A stretch of DNA of 60,342 bases, filler included. It is 8 parts of 8 records of this genome, joined end to end, with 100 filler letters (N's around TTAATTAATTAA, not from the genome) between each part and the next. Parts side by side here need not be neighbours in the genome. Positions count along the whole stretch, not along the records: positions 40,620 to 50,136 come from SRR31156797_67695; positions 50,237 to 60,342 come from SRR31156797_67711; 6 more parts are not named here. One strand, given 5' to 3'. The translations under genes were made by a program, and so were the position numbers. Of this stretch, positions 42,078-52,080 are shown piece by piece. How positions within the stretch are numbered: the first letter of the stretch is position 1; each line of letters begins with the position of its first letter. A model generated the notes under the pieces. That model was not told the DNA's origin and ran no database searches. It saw nothing but the letters and a program-made list of their open reading frames with translations.

Positions 42078-43211
42078 CTATTTTAACAACTCCGCCGCAA
42101 TAAGCAATCGCCTGATCTCCGAGGTCCCGGCCCCGATTTCCAGCAGTTTAATGTCCCTGAACAGGCGACTCACGTGAAATTCGTCCATATACCCATATCC
42201 ACCATGTATCTGCACGGCTTCCGTACAGACCTTGCTGGCCATCTCGCACGAAAACAGGGCGGCCGCAGCGGATTCCTTACGAAGCTTGGCCTCGTGTTCT
42301 ATTCTCACGGCGGTGTCATAAGTAAGCAGCCTGGCCGCTTCGATATAGGTAAACATATCAGCCAGCTTGGCCTGGATTAGCTGGAAATCGGCGATCGGCC
42401 GCCCGAACTGTTCCCGTTCCTTTGAATATTTCAAGGACTCGGTAAAGGCGGCTTGGGCGACGCCCAGGGCGCAGGCCGCCACCATCACCCGTTCAATGTC
42501 CAGACCGGACATGGTCACGGTCACTCCTTTGTTTTCTTCTCCAATTACGTTCTCCACCGGAACCAGGCAGTTATCTAAAACAAGCTCCCCGGTTGGAGAA
42601 CATTTGGCGCCCAATTTTTTCAGTTTCCGTGAAACAGAAAACCCCTCGAATCCCTTTTCAACTATAAATGCCGTTATGCCATGGGCGCCAGCAGCCTTAT
42701 CGGTTTTGGCATACACAAGAAAAACATCCCCGTTCGGTGCGTTTGTGATGAACATTTTGTTCCCATTCAGCCGATAACAATCTCCATCTCGGACTGCGGT
42801 CGTCTGGATGCCCATGGCATCCGACCCGGCGCCCGGTTCGGTCAGAGCCAATGCCCCGACTTTTTCTCCCGCGCAAAGCGGCGGCAGGTATTTGGAACGC
42901 TGAATGTTGTTACCGTTTTTGTATATATTGTGAGCGCAAAGGTTAGCATGAGCCAGGTAGCTTATGCCGACCCCCACACCGACCCGGCTCAATTCCTCTA
43001 TGATTAGGACCTGGGTTAATGGATTGCTGCCCAATCCCCCATATTCCTCGGATATAGTCGGACCAAGTATTCCAAGCTCCCCGAATTTGGGAAATAGATC
43101 CTCCGGCCAATAGCTTTCGGCATCCATCCGCTCGGCCAGGGGAAGCAGTTCACTTTCCGTAAATTTATTGACCGTCTGCTGGATTAATCTCTGCTCTTCC
43201 GTTAGTTGCAT
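42078..43211 (-). CDS. Acyl-CoA dehydrogenase (isovaleryl-CoA dehydrogenase-like)
   Basis: [48 protein letters not shown]. Confidence 0.93.
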   Translation of the reverse strand: MQLTEEQRLIQQTVNKFTESELLPLAERMDAESYWPEDLFPKFGELGILGPTISEEYGGLGSNPLTQVLIIEELSRVGVGVGISYLAHANLCAHNIYKNGNNIQRSKYLPPLCAGEKVGALALTEPGAGSDAMGIQTTAVRDGDCYRLNGNKMFITNAPNGDVFLVYAKTDKAAGAHGITAFIVEKGFEGFSVSRKLKKLGAKCSPTGELVLDNCLVPVENVIGEENKGVTVTMSGLDIERVMVAACALGVAQAAFTESLKYSKEREQFGRPIADFQLIQAKLADMFTYIEAARLLTYDTAVRIEHEAKLRKESAAAALFSCEMASKVCTEAVQIHGGYGYMDEFHVSRLFRDIKLLEIGAGTSEIRRLLIAAELLK

Positions 43212-43299
43212 TCATAACCTCTTAATACTATGTTGAAAGGTCGACAACGAAAATTAACCCTTCATTATGAATCAGCAAAGAGTTCCTTCCTGATCGTCC

Positions 43300-44094
43300 T
43301 CAGGAAAGCCATCGTTTCCGCCTCTTGTAGTGCTTCACTTCCTTATAACTCTTTCGGGCGCCGACATTGCTCAGGCCCAAATAGAATTCTTTTACGTCTT
43401 CATTTTCCTTGATCTTTTCAGCAGGCCCATCCATTACTATTCGCCCATTTTCCATAACGTAGGCATGATGAGCAATTTCAAGGGCCGCCGAAGCATTCTG
43501 TTCCACGAGAAGTATGGCGGCCTCACTTTCCTCGTTTATCCGCTCAATCGTCTCAAAAATAGCTTTTATTACCAGGGGGGCAAGGCCCAAAGATGGCTCA
43601 TCCAGCAACATAATCCTTGGTGAAGCCATTATGGCCCGGCCGATGACCGACATCTGCTGCTGGCCGCCGGATAAAAAACCGCTCGTGCGCTGCTTCATTT
43701 CACGAAGTACAGGAAAAAGTTCATAAACCTTTTGTAGTCGTTCCCGGACTTCCTTGTCGCCCCCCTGGCCGACATATCCCACTCTCAGGTTTTCTTCCAC
43801 GGTCATGTGCTGGAAGACGCGTCTGCCTTCAATTACCTGAACAATACCCAGTTTGGCTATTTTGTGGGCCAGTTCATTATCTATTCTCTCTTTTCGGAAG
43901 AAGATTTCGCCATCGGTCACTTCCCCTGACTGAGATTTAAGAAGGCCTGAAATGGATTTCAAGGTGGTTGATTTTCCTGCGCCATTTGCACCCAACAAAG
44001 ACACAATTTGTTTTTCTCCGACTTCAAGGGAGACACCCTTTAAAACATGGATGACTTTGTGGTAAAAAACTTCTATTTGACTAACCGCTAAGAT
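43300..44094 (-). CDS. livF: LivF-type ABC ATPase; probable non-AUG start (ATC at 44094)
   Basis: GANGAGKST, LSGGQQQM, LLDEPSLGLAP; homology continues 30 codons upstream of the called GTG. Confidence 0.88.
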   Translation of the reverse strand: MLAVSQIEVFYHKVIHVLKGVSLEVGEKQIVSLLGANGAGKSTTLKSISGLLKSQSGEVTDGEIFFRKERIDNELAHKIAKLGIVQVIEGRRVFQHMTVEENLRVGYVGQGGDKEVRERLQKVYELFPVLREMKQRTSGFLSGGQQQMSVIGRAIMASPRIMLLDEPSLGLAPLVIKAIFETIERINEESEAAILLVEQNASAALEIAHHAYVMENGRIVMDGPAEKIKENEDVKEFYLGLSNVGARKSYKEVKHYKRRKRWLS

Positions 44095-44357
44095 AATACC
44101 ACCCCCCTTTTGTCAAAGACGCACAGGGTCGCCTTTCAATTTCACCTCTCTGAAAATGATGCCCAACAGCGATATTAAGCGGCCCTTTTTTAAAAATCAC
44201 ACTGACTTTATTCATATCCGCTCTATGGAAGCTTCACGCAATTCATTATCACTAAAATAAACATTGGTTGATAACGGGCCTGCCTCAAACCGGTCGCCCA
44301 CGCTATTTCAATTTACTTTTCATGGCCGATTTTGAAGCAGACCTTAGGAAACATGCA

Positions 44358-45590
44358 TCAACGGAATTTTGCCGGCATTAAGTCCGGAACCTTGACCAGA
44401 TCGGGATGAACCGGATAAAATTTACCCTCTTTGATTTTCATTATGCTTACCCAACTCGGGGTGCGGCGCTTTTCCGTATAATCCACATGGAAAAGCTGAT
44501 CCATGGGTGCATAATCCATCTGGTTCATTTCCCGTTTAATGGCCTCCGCATCCAGTTTATCCCAATCCCCTTTCTTCACCGCCGCCTGAATAGCCTTATG
44601 TAGGGTAAGGACAAACTCCCAACCGGTTATGTAGAAGTTGCTGATTTCTTTTTCACCTCGATTATACTTTGCCATGAGTTCATTGATCTTTTTAATGCCT
44701 TTATGTTTCGGATCATCGAAAGACGCGGTATGCATAACCGTGATGCAACCGTTAAAAAGTTCAGGATTGATTCGAACCGTTGACCAGTCACCGGCAAACC
44801 CGTTAACCAGTTTGACGTTCATACCTAAATCAGTAACGGCTTTCATGATGGCGACTGGTCCATGCAAAGTACAGTTTGTGGCAAGCCAATCCGGTTTTTT
44901 GGCTCGAATTCGAACCATATGGGTCGTCAGATCCACATCCCTGATGCCGAACAGCTCTTCGGCCACGATATCGACCTTAATCTTCTTGCAGTAGTCATAG
45001 AATTCTGGGGTCAGGAAAGCCCGTCCAAATGCAGTGTCCCAAGTTATGAGGGCCACCCGCGGATTTCTTTTCTCCTTCCAGTTGTCCCGAATGTATTTTA
45101 GACCTGTGGCCACCTGTTCCGCGTACAGGGCAAAAATTCCATAAGTATTTCCCTGCGGATATATTTGGGGGACGCTTGTGGGGAACATTCCGACGATACC
45201 GTCGGCCAGGACCTTTTTACGTAAAGCCTCGCCCGTCGGGGAATGGAATACGAACAGTCCCTTTATCTTCGGCTTGACTTCTATCAATTGGGCGTACTGC
45301 TGCAGCCCCAGGGAGGCCTTGCCGGTATTATCCTTGACAATAATTTTGATAGGCACGCCGTCCACTCCACCCAGGACTTCATTCACGTAATTGGCCGCAT
45401 CCTCCATCCCCGGTACACTTGCTCCCCCGATAGCGGCGTAGGGACCGGTGGCGTCGCCAATGGCTCCCAGGTATACCACCTCTGGTTTTTTGGCCTGGCT
45501 CTCGGCCGACCATGAGAAAATCAAAACCAGCGAAACAAGAAATGCTACAAGAAAAAATTGATTTTTCTCGTTTAACTTTCCGGACTTCAT
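44358..45590 (-). CDS. LivK-type periplasmic substrate-binding protein
   Basis: Signal peptide; GDATGPYA, GGVDGVPI. Confidence 0.87.
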   Translation of the reverse strand: MKSGKLNEKNQFFLVAFLVSLVLIFSWSAESQAKKPEVVYLGAIGDATGPYAAIGGASVPGMEDAANYVNEVLGGVDGVPIKIIVKDNTGKASLGLQQYAQLIEVKPKIKGLFVFHSPTGEALRKKVLADGIVGMFPTSVPQIYPQGNTYGIFALYAEQVATGLKYIRDNWKEKRNPRVALITWDTAFGRAFLTPEFYDYCKKIKVDIVAEELFGIRDVDLTTHMVRIRAKKPDWLATNCTLHGPVAIMKAVTDLGMNVKLVNGFAGDWSTVRINPELFNGCITVMHTASFDDPKHKGIKKINELMAKYNRGEKEISNFYITGWEFVLTLHKAIQAAVKKGDWDKLDAEAIKREMNQMDYAPMDQLFHVDYTEKRRTPSWVSIMKIKEGKFYPVHPDLVKVPDLMPAKFR

Positions 45591-45641
45591 GGTTCCCTCC
45601 TTTAGCCTGTTGGGCATTAATAATAATTAAACGCTTTCCTA

Positions 45642-46700
45642 CTAATAGGAATATGGCCATCTCCTATAGAAGTGCTTTATTATCTCCCAGCGATGATATA
45701 ATCCCCGGGGCTCGAAAATTATGAACAATAACAACACCAGGCCGAAAATAAGCGGACTGATGCCGTTCTTGATGGCTTGTTCAAGGGCGGCGGGAAATAG
45801 CGAGGCGATCGGGGCTCCCACGGCCTGGACCGCCAAATCCAGGCATCGAATGAAAATGACTCCAAAGACCGATCCGGCCACGGAACCCAGGCCGCCGACA
45901 ATGATCATGCCCAGGTACCAGATGGAATCATCCAGAGTGAAAGAATCAACACTGATGGCCCCCATCCAAAGGGTCCACATGCAACCGGCCAACCCCGCCA
46001 GCATGGAACTGATAAAAAAGGAGAGCAGTTTATATTTAAAAATCTCAACACCCATGATTTCAGCGGCGAGGTCGTTGTCGCGAATAGCCACGAAAGCGCG
46101 CCCTATCTTCGATCGAGCCAGGTTCCTCGCCATATAGACCACCACGACCGCAAAAAACATAATCACATAGTAAATCCTGGACTGGGTGGTCAGGGGTATG
46201 CCAAAGAACTCGGGATATGAAATATTAACCGTGTCGGTCCCTCCGGTCAGGTCGGGCCTAATATTGACAATCAGCCATGGGATAAGAAACTGGGCGGCCA
46301 GAGTGGCCATGGCCAGGTAGAAACCCTTTATGCGCAAGGAAGGCAGACCGAATATTAAGCCGACTACTCCGGCCATGATCATTCCCATGGGAAGGGCCAA
46401 CCAGAAGGACAACCCGAGATGGTTCATCAACATCATCAGGGTGTAGGCCCCGACGCCCATAAAAGCGCCCTGCCCGAGAGAAATCTGTCCGGTCAGCCCG
46501 GTCAGGATCGAGAGGCCTTGAGCGCTGATTATGGAAACGGCAATCAGGTTAACCGTGGTTATGGTTCCGCCGCTGACGACATGCGGTAAAATGACCAGAG
46601 CCAGCAATAAGGCCGCGGTGAGGCCCCATTGTTCAGGCGTTCTGATGATGGCCATATCCTTTTCATAGGTGTCGTCAAACGTGGCGCAGGGTCTCCACAT
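45642..46700 (-). CDS. livM: LivM-type permease
   Basis: GLTGQISLGQGAF, GFYLAMATLA, GRAFVAIRDNDLAA. Confidence 0.9.
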   Translation of the reverse strand: MWRPCATFDDTYEKDMAIIRTPEQWGLTAALLLALVILPHVVSGGTITTVNLIAVSIISAQGLSILTGLTGQISLGQGAFMGVGAYTLMMLMNHLGLSFWLALPMGMIMAGVVGLIFGLPSLRIKGFYLAMATLAAQFLIPWLIVNIRPDLTGGTDTVNISYPEFFGIPLTTQSRIYYVIMFFAVVVVYMARNLARSKIGRAFVAIRDNDLAAEIMGVEIFKYKLLSFFISSMLAGLAGCMWTLWMGAISVDSFTLDDSIWYLGMIIVGGLGSVAGSVFGVIFIRCLDLAVQAVGAPIASLFPAALEQAIKNGISPLIFGLVLLLFIIFEPRGLYHRWEIIKHFYRRWPYSY

Positions 46701-46701
46701 G

Positions 46702-47577
46702 CTAAATCCTTTCTATCCTTTTAAGGCCGAACAATCCTTCGGGTCTGAAAATCAGAACCAGTAAAAGGAGAATATAGGCCGATATCTCACCCATGTTGGG
46801 ATCGATGTATCCACCGACCATGCTCTCAATAACACCGATGACCAATCCACCGACTACGGCGCCGATAACCGATTCCAGGCCGCCAAAAATCACTGCCGGG
46901 AAGGCCTTGAGGGCGATAAGAGGTGTAATTACAGGGGTGAGGCCAATACGATTTCCCAACAACAGGCCGGATAGACTGCCGAAAATTATGGCGATGATCC
47001 AGGTGATGGCAAACAGGGCGGTAATGTTTACGCCGCACGACATGGAGAGTTCATGATCCTCCGAAATGGCCCTCATTCTTAAACCCGTCCTGGTTCTCAT
47101 AAAGAAGTAGCCAAGAACCGCCAGGGCGATCATGGTGATGCCGAAGGCCCACAATAGTTCATGAGATATGGCTATGCTTCCGACCAGTAAGGTTTTTCCC
47201 GGCAGCATGTTCCTGGGGAATGTCAGCGTATACCCGGTCCATATGATCAGCATCAAACCTTTCAAAAAGACGGCCAAAGCCAATGTGCCCATAATAATGG
47301 CTAAAATGGGCTGACCAAGCAGCGGCCGAAACACAAGGCGTTCGACCAGGGCCCCGAGAATCAGGGCCATTATCAATGTTGCCCCAAGGGCCAGAATTAA
47401 GGGGAGATGAAACCAGGCCACAAAGGAATAACAAATAAGTCCGCCAAGCGCCAGCAGCTCACCCACGGCAAAGTTGAATATCCTCGTCGATTTATAGACA
47501 AGGACGATACTGACGGCGATGAGGGCGTAAATCCCGCCTGTTAGCAACCCGGTCACAAGAAACTGTAAAAATATCAA
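46702..47577 (-). CDS. livH: LivH-type permease (TTG start)
   Basis: GGIYALIA, FNFAVGE, TGLRMRA, FRPEGLFG; SD AAGGGGGG. Confidence 0.9.
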   Translation of the reverse strand: MIFLQFLVTGLLTGGIYALIAVSIVLVYKSTRIFNFAVGELLALGGLICYSFVAWFHLPLILALGATLIMALILGALVERLVFRPLLGQPILAIIMGTLALAVFLKGLMLIIWTGYTLTFPRNMLPGKTLLVGSIAISHELLWAFGITMIALAVLGYFFMRTRTGLRMRAISEDHELSMSCGVNITALFAITWIIAIIFGSLSGLLLGNRIGLTPVITPLIALKAFPAVIFGGLESVIGAVVGGLVIGVIESMVGGYIDPNMGEISAYILLLLVLIFRPEGLFGLKRIERI

Positions 47578-47587
47578 AGCGCCCCCC

Positions 47588-49501
47588 TTACACCATGTTG
47601 ACATTTATCAAGCTTGTGGTTGTTCCCGTACGGCCGTCACGATAGGTGATCTGGGAGACAACCTCGATCGATTTCACCTGGCTGAAAATTGCATCAATCA
47701 TTTGTTTGAAGCGTTCCTCGACAAATGTCCGCCGCAGTTTCCGGGTTCGCGTCATCTCCGCCTCATCCGGATCAAACTCCTTGTGCAGATTGATGAATTT
47801 TTTAATGTGAGAAAATTCCGGCAGGATGCCGTTGACCTTGTTGACTTCCTCCTGAATCAGATTGATGACCTCGGGTTTTTGCGAAAGATCGGTAAATGTT
47901 GTGTACGCAACCTTTTTTGATTCAGCCCAATGTCCCACGTTGTTTAAGTCAATATTAATCAGGGCGCCGGCGAAACTTTCACTTTCACGGGCCACAACCA
48001 GCGCATCTTTTATATAGGGAGAAAACCGCAGCCGAATTTCGCAAAATTGAGGTGAAAACTTTTGACCGCCGGCCAGATCCAAAAGATCCTCCATACGATC
48101 CATGACCACAAGGTGGCCGTCTCCGTCAACAAAGCCGAAATCTTCCGTGCGATACCAGCCATTATTGAGTTTTACAGCGGTCTTTTCTTCATCCTTGTAA
48201 TATCCCACGAACATGTTGGGGGTTTTGACGATAATTTCTCCCTCCCCGGATATTTTAATACCCACTTCCTGCAACGGCGGACCGCACGTTTCCGCTTTGA
48301 TGTCGTTGTCTCTATGGCAGGTGACAACCCCTACCTCGGAACTCCCATATAACTGCTTCACATTTATTCCTATTGCGTGGAGATAGCGGATCACCTCCGG
48401 GCCCAGGGCTGAACCGGCGCTGTACCCGATCCTTGTATTGGAAAGTCCCAGGTTGTCGTGCAAGGGCCTGAAAACGAGACGATGAGCAAGGAAATGAAGC
48501 AATGATAATAAAGGCCCTTCCCGGCCTCTCGTCATACGGATATCAGCCCTCCGGTAGCCGATCTTTAGTGCGGCCTTGTAAAAAAGCCGGTGCAGCCAGC
48601 TGGAATCAAGAATATTGACTTGGATCTCACGGATGAGGTTTTCCCAAAGCCGAGGCCCGAAAAAGACAACCTGGGGCCCGATCTCACGGATATTCTGTTG
48701 GACCGTTTCAGGTTTTTCCGGGAAGTTCACTCGCAGGCCGTATATGAGTGAACAGGCCACGCCCATGATCTGTTCCACAAGCCAGGCCACGGGTAAAAAG
48801 GAAAGATACTCCTCTTTGGGCTTATATTGGTCCACATCATGAAGAGCCGCGGCCATGCCGAGAAGCGCTTGATGGGTTACCATGCCGGCCTTGGGCCGAC
48901 CCGTTGTGCCGGATGTATAGAAAAAGACAGCCACGTCCTCACCCCGGGTCCTGGCCACGGACTCCTCGAACAAACCCGGAGTATCCTGGTTCTCTTTTTT
49001 GCCAATTTCTATCAATTGGTCGATGCTCATGAGTAGAGGGTCCGTGTAACGCCATAGCCCCTTCTCATCCCAGAAAACCACCTTTTCCACTGAAGGAACC
49101 CGTTCCTTTATCTCCAGTAGCTTATCGACTTGTTCCTGGTCCTGGCAGATCACAAACCGGGACTCCGAATGGCCTACATAATGCTCGACCTCCGGGGGAG
49201 TGCAATCGGCAAATATACCCACAATCACGCCCCCGGCCGCCTGGACGGCCAATTCGAACCAGTAAATGTGAGGCTTGTTTTCACCCAAAATCGCAACGCG
49301 GTCGCCGGGTTTCATACCCAAATTCAAGAAGGATAGACAAAGATATTTAACCAACTGATAATAATCCGCCCAGGAATAGCTCTGCCAGATGCCAAACTCC
49401 TTCTCCCGGATGGCAACCTGTTCTGCGCCGAAATCCTGATAATTTTTCAAAAGAAGCTTGGGAAGCGTATCGTTTTTTTCTAGAAGATGGGAATCTTTCA
49501 T
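47588..49501 (-). CDS. Long-chain acyl-CoA synthetase (AMP-binding)
   Basis: YTSGTTGRPKA, QLYGSSE, ELT-like EMTRTRKLRR. Confidence 0.9.
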   Translation of the reverse strand: MKDSHLLEKNDTLPKLLLKNYQDFGAEQVAIREKEFGIWQSYSWADYYQLVKYLCLSFLNLGMKPGDRVAILGENKPHIYWFELAVQAAGGVIVGIFADCTPPEVEHYVGHSESRFVICQDQEQVDKLLEIKERVPSVEKVVFWDEKGLWRYTDPLLMSIDQLIEIGKKENQDTPGLFEESVARTRGEDVAVFFYTSGTTGRPKAGMVTHQALLGMAAALHDVDQYKPKEEYLSFLPVAWLVEQIMGVACSLIYGLRVNFPEKPETVQQNIREIGPQVVFFGPRLWENLIREIQVNILDSSWLHRLFYKAALKIGYRRADIRMTRGREGPLLSLLHFLAHRLVFRPLHDNLGLSNTRIGYSAGSALGPEVIRYLHAIGINVKQLYGSSEVGVVTCHRDNDIKAETCGPPLQEVGIKISGEGEIIVKTPNMFVGYYKDEEKTAVKLNNGWYRTEDFGFVDGDGHLVVMDRMEDLLDLAGGQKFSPQFCEIRLRFSPYIKDALVVARESESFAGALINIDLNNVGHWAESKKVAYTTFTDLSQKPEVINLIQEEVNKVNGILPEFSHIKKFINLHKEFDPDEAEMTRTRKLRRTFVEERFKQMIDAIFSQVKSIEVVSQITYRDGRTGTTTSLINVNMV

Positions 49502-49531
49502 TATTTATTCACCACCACTTCAAACAGGTTT

Positions 49532-50136
49532 TTACTTGCCTAGGTAGGCGCTGATAACTTCCTGGTTTCCCTTTATTTCCGAAGGCGTGCCGTCGGCCAG
49601 TTTCAGACCGAAGTCCAGGACAACCACCCGGTTGGCAATGTCCATGACCACGCCCATGTCATGTTCGACAATGACGATGGGAATATGCTGTAATTCGTGG
49701 ATGTCTAAAATAAACCGGGCCATGTCTTCCTTCTCCTCAACATTCATCCCGGCCATGGGCTCGTCCAGGAGAAGAAGTTTCGGTTCAAGAGCAATGGCCC
49801 TGCCCAAATCGACCCGTTTCCTCAAGCCGTAGGGGAGAGACTCAACTACCTGGTAGCGAATCTCCTCCATCTCCAGGAGGTCTATAATCTTCTCGATTAT
49901 TATTCTGTTCTGTACTTCTTCTTTTCTCGCTTTTCCCAAAAAGAGCGCCCCCGCAAACGGGCCGTAGTTGATGAACACATGCCGGGCCGCCATCAGGTTG
50001 TCCAAAGCCGTCAGGCCGGTGTAAAGCTCGATGTTTTGAAAGGTCCGGGAAATGCCGAGTTTCGCCCTTTTACTCGGCGACAGCCTGCTAATGTCCTTAT
50101 CATTAAAGATGAGATTTCCCTTGTCATGGTGATAAA
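49532..50136 (-). CDS. livG: LivG-type ABC ATPase (5'-truncated)
   Basis: LPYGLRKRVDLGRA, LLDEPMAGM, VEHDMGVV, AYLG. Confidence 0.9.
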
Positions 50137-50237
50137 NNNNNNNNNNNNNNNNNNNNNNNNNNNNNNNNNNNNNNNNNNNNTTAATTAATTAANNNNNNNN
50201 NNNNNNNNNNNNNNNNNNNNNNNNNNNNNNNNNNNNA

Positions 50238-50750
50238 GTCAAAGAGCCGTCGTCGTCGTTTTCTTCCCATGATTTGAATGATCTCATGCAGGCTGTGAAG
50301 TCCAAACACCGAACCAAAGAGGTTGAGGCCAGGGTTACCAGAGCATTGAAAGATGGTCATAATCTTGAATATCTTCGTCGATGCATCGGGTACGCCAATG
50401 AGAAGAGCAATGGAAGTGATTACAAGGCGTATTTGGGCAAAAGCATTGATCACCCTGAATGGCATGAGGGCTTTGATCCTGATGAGCATATCAAGAAACT
50501 TCAGGCCGATATCGACAAACTAAGGGAACGGCAGGAAGAGCAGCAACTAGAACAAAACAAACTGAGAACGCGTCATGAGAAAATAACCGCCATGATCGAT
50601 GAGGTAGACACCGACGCTTTGGATGCCTTCATAGACGGCCAGGAACTCAACACCGTGGATCGAGGCAGGTTTAAGCGTGGGAAACGGGCAATGTTGCGGA
50701 GGAGGTTTGTGTCTGAATTTGCCGACCGGGGCCGGAAAAAAACGTCATGA
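50238..50750 (+). CDS. C-terminal half of the HTH replication-initiator-like protein that starts at 59850
   Basis: In frame across the junction; DnaD/replisome-organizer-like segment DYKAYLGKSIDHPEW. Confidence 0.75.
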   Translation, partial: VKEPSSSFSSHDLNDLMQAVKSKHRTKEVEARVTRALKDGHNLEYLRRCIGYANEKSNGSDYKAYLGKSIDHPEWHEGFDPDEHIKKLQADIDKLRERQEEQQLEQNKLRTRHEKITAMIDEVDTDALDAFIDGQELNTVDRGRFKRGKRAMLRRRFVSEFADRGRKKTS

Positions 50751-51025
50751 GCCATTCAGACCGAATTATCAGCTTACACACGAATGCACCGGAGGGAAGT
50801 CTTTCCGAGTGGGAAGACGAATTCATAATTGATAGTGAGTTTGAGATACCGAAATACAGTAGCGTGTGTCATCGCTGCGCTCATTTGACAAATGGATATG
50901 AAAGGCGATGCTTGGCGTTTCCTAATGGCATCCCCATGGAAATTTGGATGGGAGAAAATAATCATTCGGAAGTTCATCCAGAGCAAGAGAATGACATTGT
51001 CTTTGAGTCGTTGCTGGATGAATGA
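50747..51025 (+). CDS. Small Cys/His-rich hypothetical protein
   Basis: ATGA overlap with the upstream stop; CHRCAH..CLAFPNGIPMEI..H..QENDIVFE. Confidence 0.7.
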   Translation: MSHSDRIISLHTNAPEGSLSEWEDEFIIDSEFEIPKYSSVCHRCAHLTNGYERRCLAFPNGIPMEIWMGENNHSEVHPEQENDIVFESLLDE

Positions 51026-51333
51026 TCCCCTTTCCCCTGCCCGGTGACGGATCTTGCCTTGTCTGCAAAAACGAAAAAGTTTTCGTATCTGGTAACAAAT
51101 CGTTCAAAAACGGTACCCGAGTTCCGTTTTCACCACCTCGAATCTCGAACCGATTTTCAGGCAAAAAACCGGCAAAAGCGCAGTCAATTGCGCTTTTCTA
51201 CGACATTCGAAGCGCTCAAAACGGTGTTGTTTCCAACCCCAAACGAATAATATTCTGCCTGCACGATCTGTAACCATTGACGTTCAACAGTCTGGAATTA
51301 CACCATAACAACCACACAACGTATCGAACCTTT

Positions 51334-51361
51334 ACGTACGATAAGATGTATTATGTTAACT
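51334..51361 (+). other. dif-like XerC/XerD site 1
   Basis: ACGTACGATAA-GATGTA-TTATGTTAACT versus E. coli dif GGTGCGCATAA-TGTATA-TTATGTTAAAT. Confidence 0.8.
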
Positions 51362-51502
51362 TTTTTGAGGGGTCGGAGCACTAAGGTATCCACCGCATGA
51401 GTATGACAAAACCCATGCCGGGTGGGTGTTTTGATGGAATACACGGATTCCGGAATTTTGATGGGCGCTGGTTGCTGGATATCGAATAGAAACTTTAGAC
51501 GC

Positions 51503-51531
51503 TTGACATAACTTTTGTTGAGTAGTAGACT
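51503..51531 (+). promoter_or_regulatory. Sigma70-type promoter
   Basis: TTGACA-17 bp-TAGACT. Confidence 0.65.
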
Positions 51532-51669
51532 GCTTGCACAAATTGTGAAGCACGAGCCATTGCCTCATCCTTAGGGACTCGCTTTGGCCTAAGCCGACTC
51601 GCTTAAATGGAAAACATCCTTCGACCTCCGCGTAATGGTGAGCATCGTAGGATACGCCAAAAGCACCAT

Positions 51670-51737
51670 AAGGGCCTCATCGGAGAGATAAATCAACGCC
51701 ATAGTTGTTTTGTTTCTCTGATGAGGCCCTTTTTTTT
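51670..51737 (+). terminator. Leader terminator/attenuator before the HTH-primase operon
   Basis: 17-bp stem AAGGGCCTCATCGGAGA/TCTCTGATGAGGCCCTT followed by a T-run. Confidence 0.65.
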
Positions 51738-51758
51738 GTAATTTTTTTGGAGGTATTT

Positions 51759-52001
51759 ATGAGTAGCAATCTGTTGAAAGAACTCTCAATAAAGCAACCG
51801 CACCCTTGCAAAATCCATTTCGAGGGACTCAACAACCAGCCACTTGCCCGAGCACTCGGGATCAGTCCGAACTATTGCTATGACGTTTTGAATGGATCGA
51901 AGAGGCCAGGGCCGGACCTGAATAAACGGATCTATGATCTGGCTGAACGGGTCATGGCTGAGAGAGAGGCGGAAGAGCAGGCCGAATGCGCGCATGCGTA
52001 A
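51759..52001 (+). CDS. Small Cro/Xre-like HTH protein
   Basis: GGAGG RBS; NQPLARALGISPNYCYDVLNGSKRPG. Confidence 0.75.
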   Translation: MSSNLLKELSIKQPHPCKIHFEGLNNQPLARALGISPNYCYDVLNGSKRPGPDLNKRIYDLAERVMAEREAEEQAECAHA

Positions 52002-52080
52002 TTTTCAAACTCCAGAAACAGCAAAGCCCAACGATCTTTTAGGCGGGGATTAGTCGGGCTTTGCAAAGGAAAATTTATAG

